Positions 18,401-20,000 of a stretch of 20,000 bases of DNA are shown one piece after another. Both the position numbers and the translations under genes were made by a program. The notes under the pieces are model-generated. The model did no database searches. It saw only the letters and a program-made list of their open reading frames with translations, and had not been told where the DNA came from. The DNA is from Trichinella spiralis (taxonomy: Eukaryota), in the NCBI RefSeq assembly GCF_000181795.1, contig NW_003526941.1, positions 871,151 to 891,150 of the forward strand, given 5' to 3'. The stretch's first letter is position 1, and every line of letters starts with the position of its first letter.

Positions 18401-19647
18401 ATCTATAATCTGTTACTATTATTAATGTCTTCTAATTCCAATTATATCTGACCCTGCATGTTTCTAGTTATCGAATTGAATAGTGTGCGTAAACATAATT
18501 GAAACTTTTTGGTATTCCTGTTGCTGTTGCCAACATGGTATGTCACGTTTACCTCAATGCGTTCTAAATGTGCCATCACAAAAATATGTACACATTTTGC
18601 CCATTATAGGAATGGATTACATCATCAACATCGAGTAGATGTACGTTCATACTCCTGCGTTAGTTTAAGTTGGCTTAATGGCGTTACCCAGCATTGCTCC
18701 AGAAATGTGTGGCTTCGCTTATCGCAGGAGTAACATATAATTAAATAATGATTGTAATAGTAGCATATGTCGTGAACATAGTCGGTTTGCCCTTGTTTTC
18801 GGATACATCATACAAGTCTGGTAGTGCGTGTTGCCATCAGTGCGTTTGGTGAGTATTTTTGTAGAGTATTATGTGAGTAGGTAAGTTTTAGTATTTTGTA
18901 AGTAGAGATTTTGTTTTTTATTGATGAGTGATAGCATCCACACTGCGGTGTTGCTTATCACATGCTAAGAATGTTTAATTGAAAATTTCAGCGCATAACT
19001 CTTGAGGGTTGCATCATGAACGGCAAATGTTGTATGACTAACAAGTAGTTTTTATGAAAATTTGTATACTTAGTAATTAAGGAACAACAATGCACTGTTG
19101 TCTTTAATTTTTTATAATATGGCTGTTTTATATCAATTTTGCTAAACATGCTTTACTTTTCAGAACACTTGTTTTGCAAATATTTTCAGAATCAAATTAC
19201 GTTTAGATATAGATGAATGAAATTGCTGCATTCTTTGTTAACTATCCGTTATGCTTTTTTACAAAGATTCGTAATCAAATCGATAAATACGTCATCACAA
19301 AGAACTACCACCAGTTGATGCCGCTCAGTTTGGCGACGTATGTACATTTTACTTTTATATACTATGAAAGTTGTGAAGTGTAAATTTTGTCGTTTTAGTT
19401 TTTCAGGTTTTTATAATTGCTTTTTATAATTTTTTATAATTATTGTTTGGTACTAATGTTTTAAGTTTAGGTAAGAATTCGTTTTAGTTCTGGATTCAGA
19501 GATACAGTTAAAGGCAACATAACTAAGTAAACAGCGTAAAGTGTAAATCTAAGTCTAAAAAAACAAGGAAGCAGACTATGGGTAAGTATGAAGAAAAATA
19601 GGTAAGTTGTTAAATAGTTAAGGGTAAGTCAGGTAAGAATACGTGTG

Positions 19648-19759
19648 AAGGTAAGTATAATTGTGAAGGTGAGTACTGGATAGGTGAAGGTAAGTGGTAT
19701 TAAAGGTAAGTATAATTGTGAAGGTGAGTACTGGATAGGTGAAGGTAAGTGGTATTAAA
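19648..19759 (+). repeat. Perfect 2x55-bp tandem repeat inside a purine-rich GGTRAG-motif array
   Basis: Unit aaggtaagtataattgtgaaggtgagtactggataggtgaaggtaagtggtatta at 19648-19702 and 19703-19757. Confidence 0.95.
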
Positions 19760-20000
19760 CCTAAGGGAAAAGAGAAGGGGGAATGAAGGATTGGTGACGG
19801 TAGATAAGAGGAACAGTAAGTGTTTGGAAGAAGTAGAGTAGAAAAGAGCAGAAGGTGAGAAATATTAATGGTAATTCTAAGAGGGAAGGTGTTCACTGGA
19901 TATGTCAGGTCACATCCTAACCCACAATGCAGAGAGGAGAATAAGGTTAGCGGTAATAAAAAGAGACAATAAATTTACGGTAAGTATAGGGGTGAACGAA

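Noticed and set aside
19618..19896. 92-aa - strand ORF rich in T/Y/L/P, and a CRISPR-like or U1 snRNA reading of the repeats
   Set aside because: The ORF is the translation of the low-complexity motif array. The repeats are short with shared spacers in a eukaryotic context and no cas genes, and only the U1 5' end (ATACTTACC) matches, not the U1 body.

Overview
AT-rich eukaryotic genomic DNA with GT-AG introns, many microsatellites and two 10-N assembly gaps. It is most likely a nematode; a Trichinella-like clade I species is an inference from composition, intron style and protein sequence. The main feature is a complete 15-exon + strand gene (7028-12721; 3099 nt spliced CDS, 1032 aa) for a Na+/K+-ATPase alpha subunit (P2C ATPase, eat-6/ATP1A family). 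Its catalytic and ion-binding motifs are intact, and its exon lengths match my recollection of human ATP1A1 almost exactly. About 2.6 kb upstream of and including exon 1 is present twice (2233-4814 and 4825-7391) across an N gap. This is most probably an unmerged contig overlap of two haplotypes rather than a real duplication. Downstream there is no recognisable gene. That region holds a diverged ~150-bp direct repeat, weak exon-like segments and two strand-specific clusters of 5' splice-site (U1-complementary) motifs, one including a perfect 55-bp tandem duplication. I cannot support a new biological system from this window; the splice-donor arrays are the most unexplained signal.
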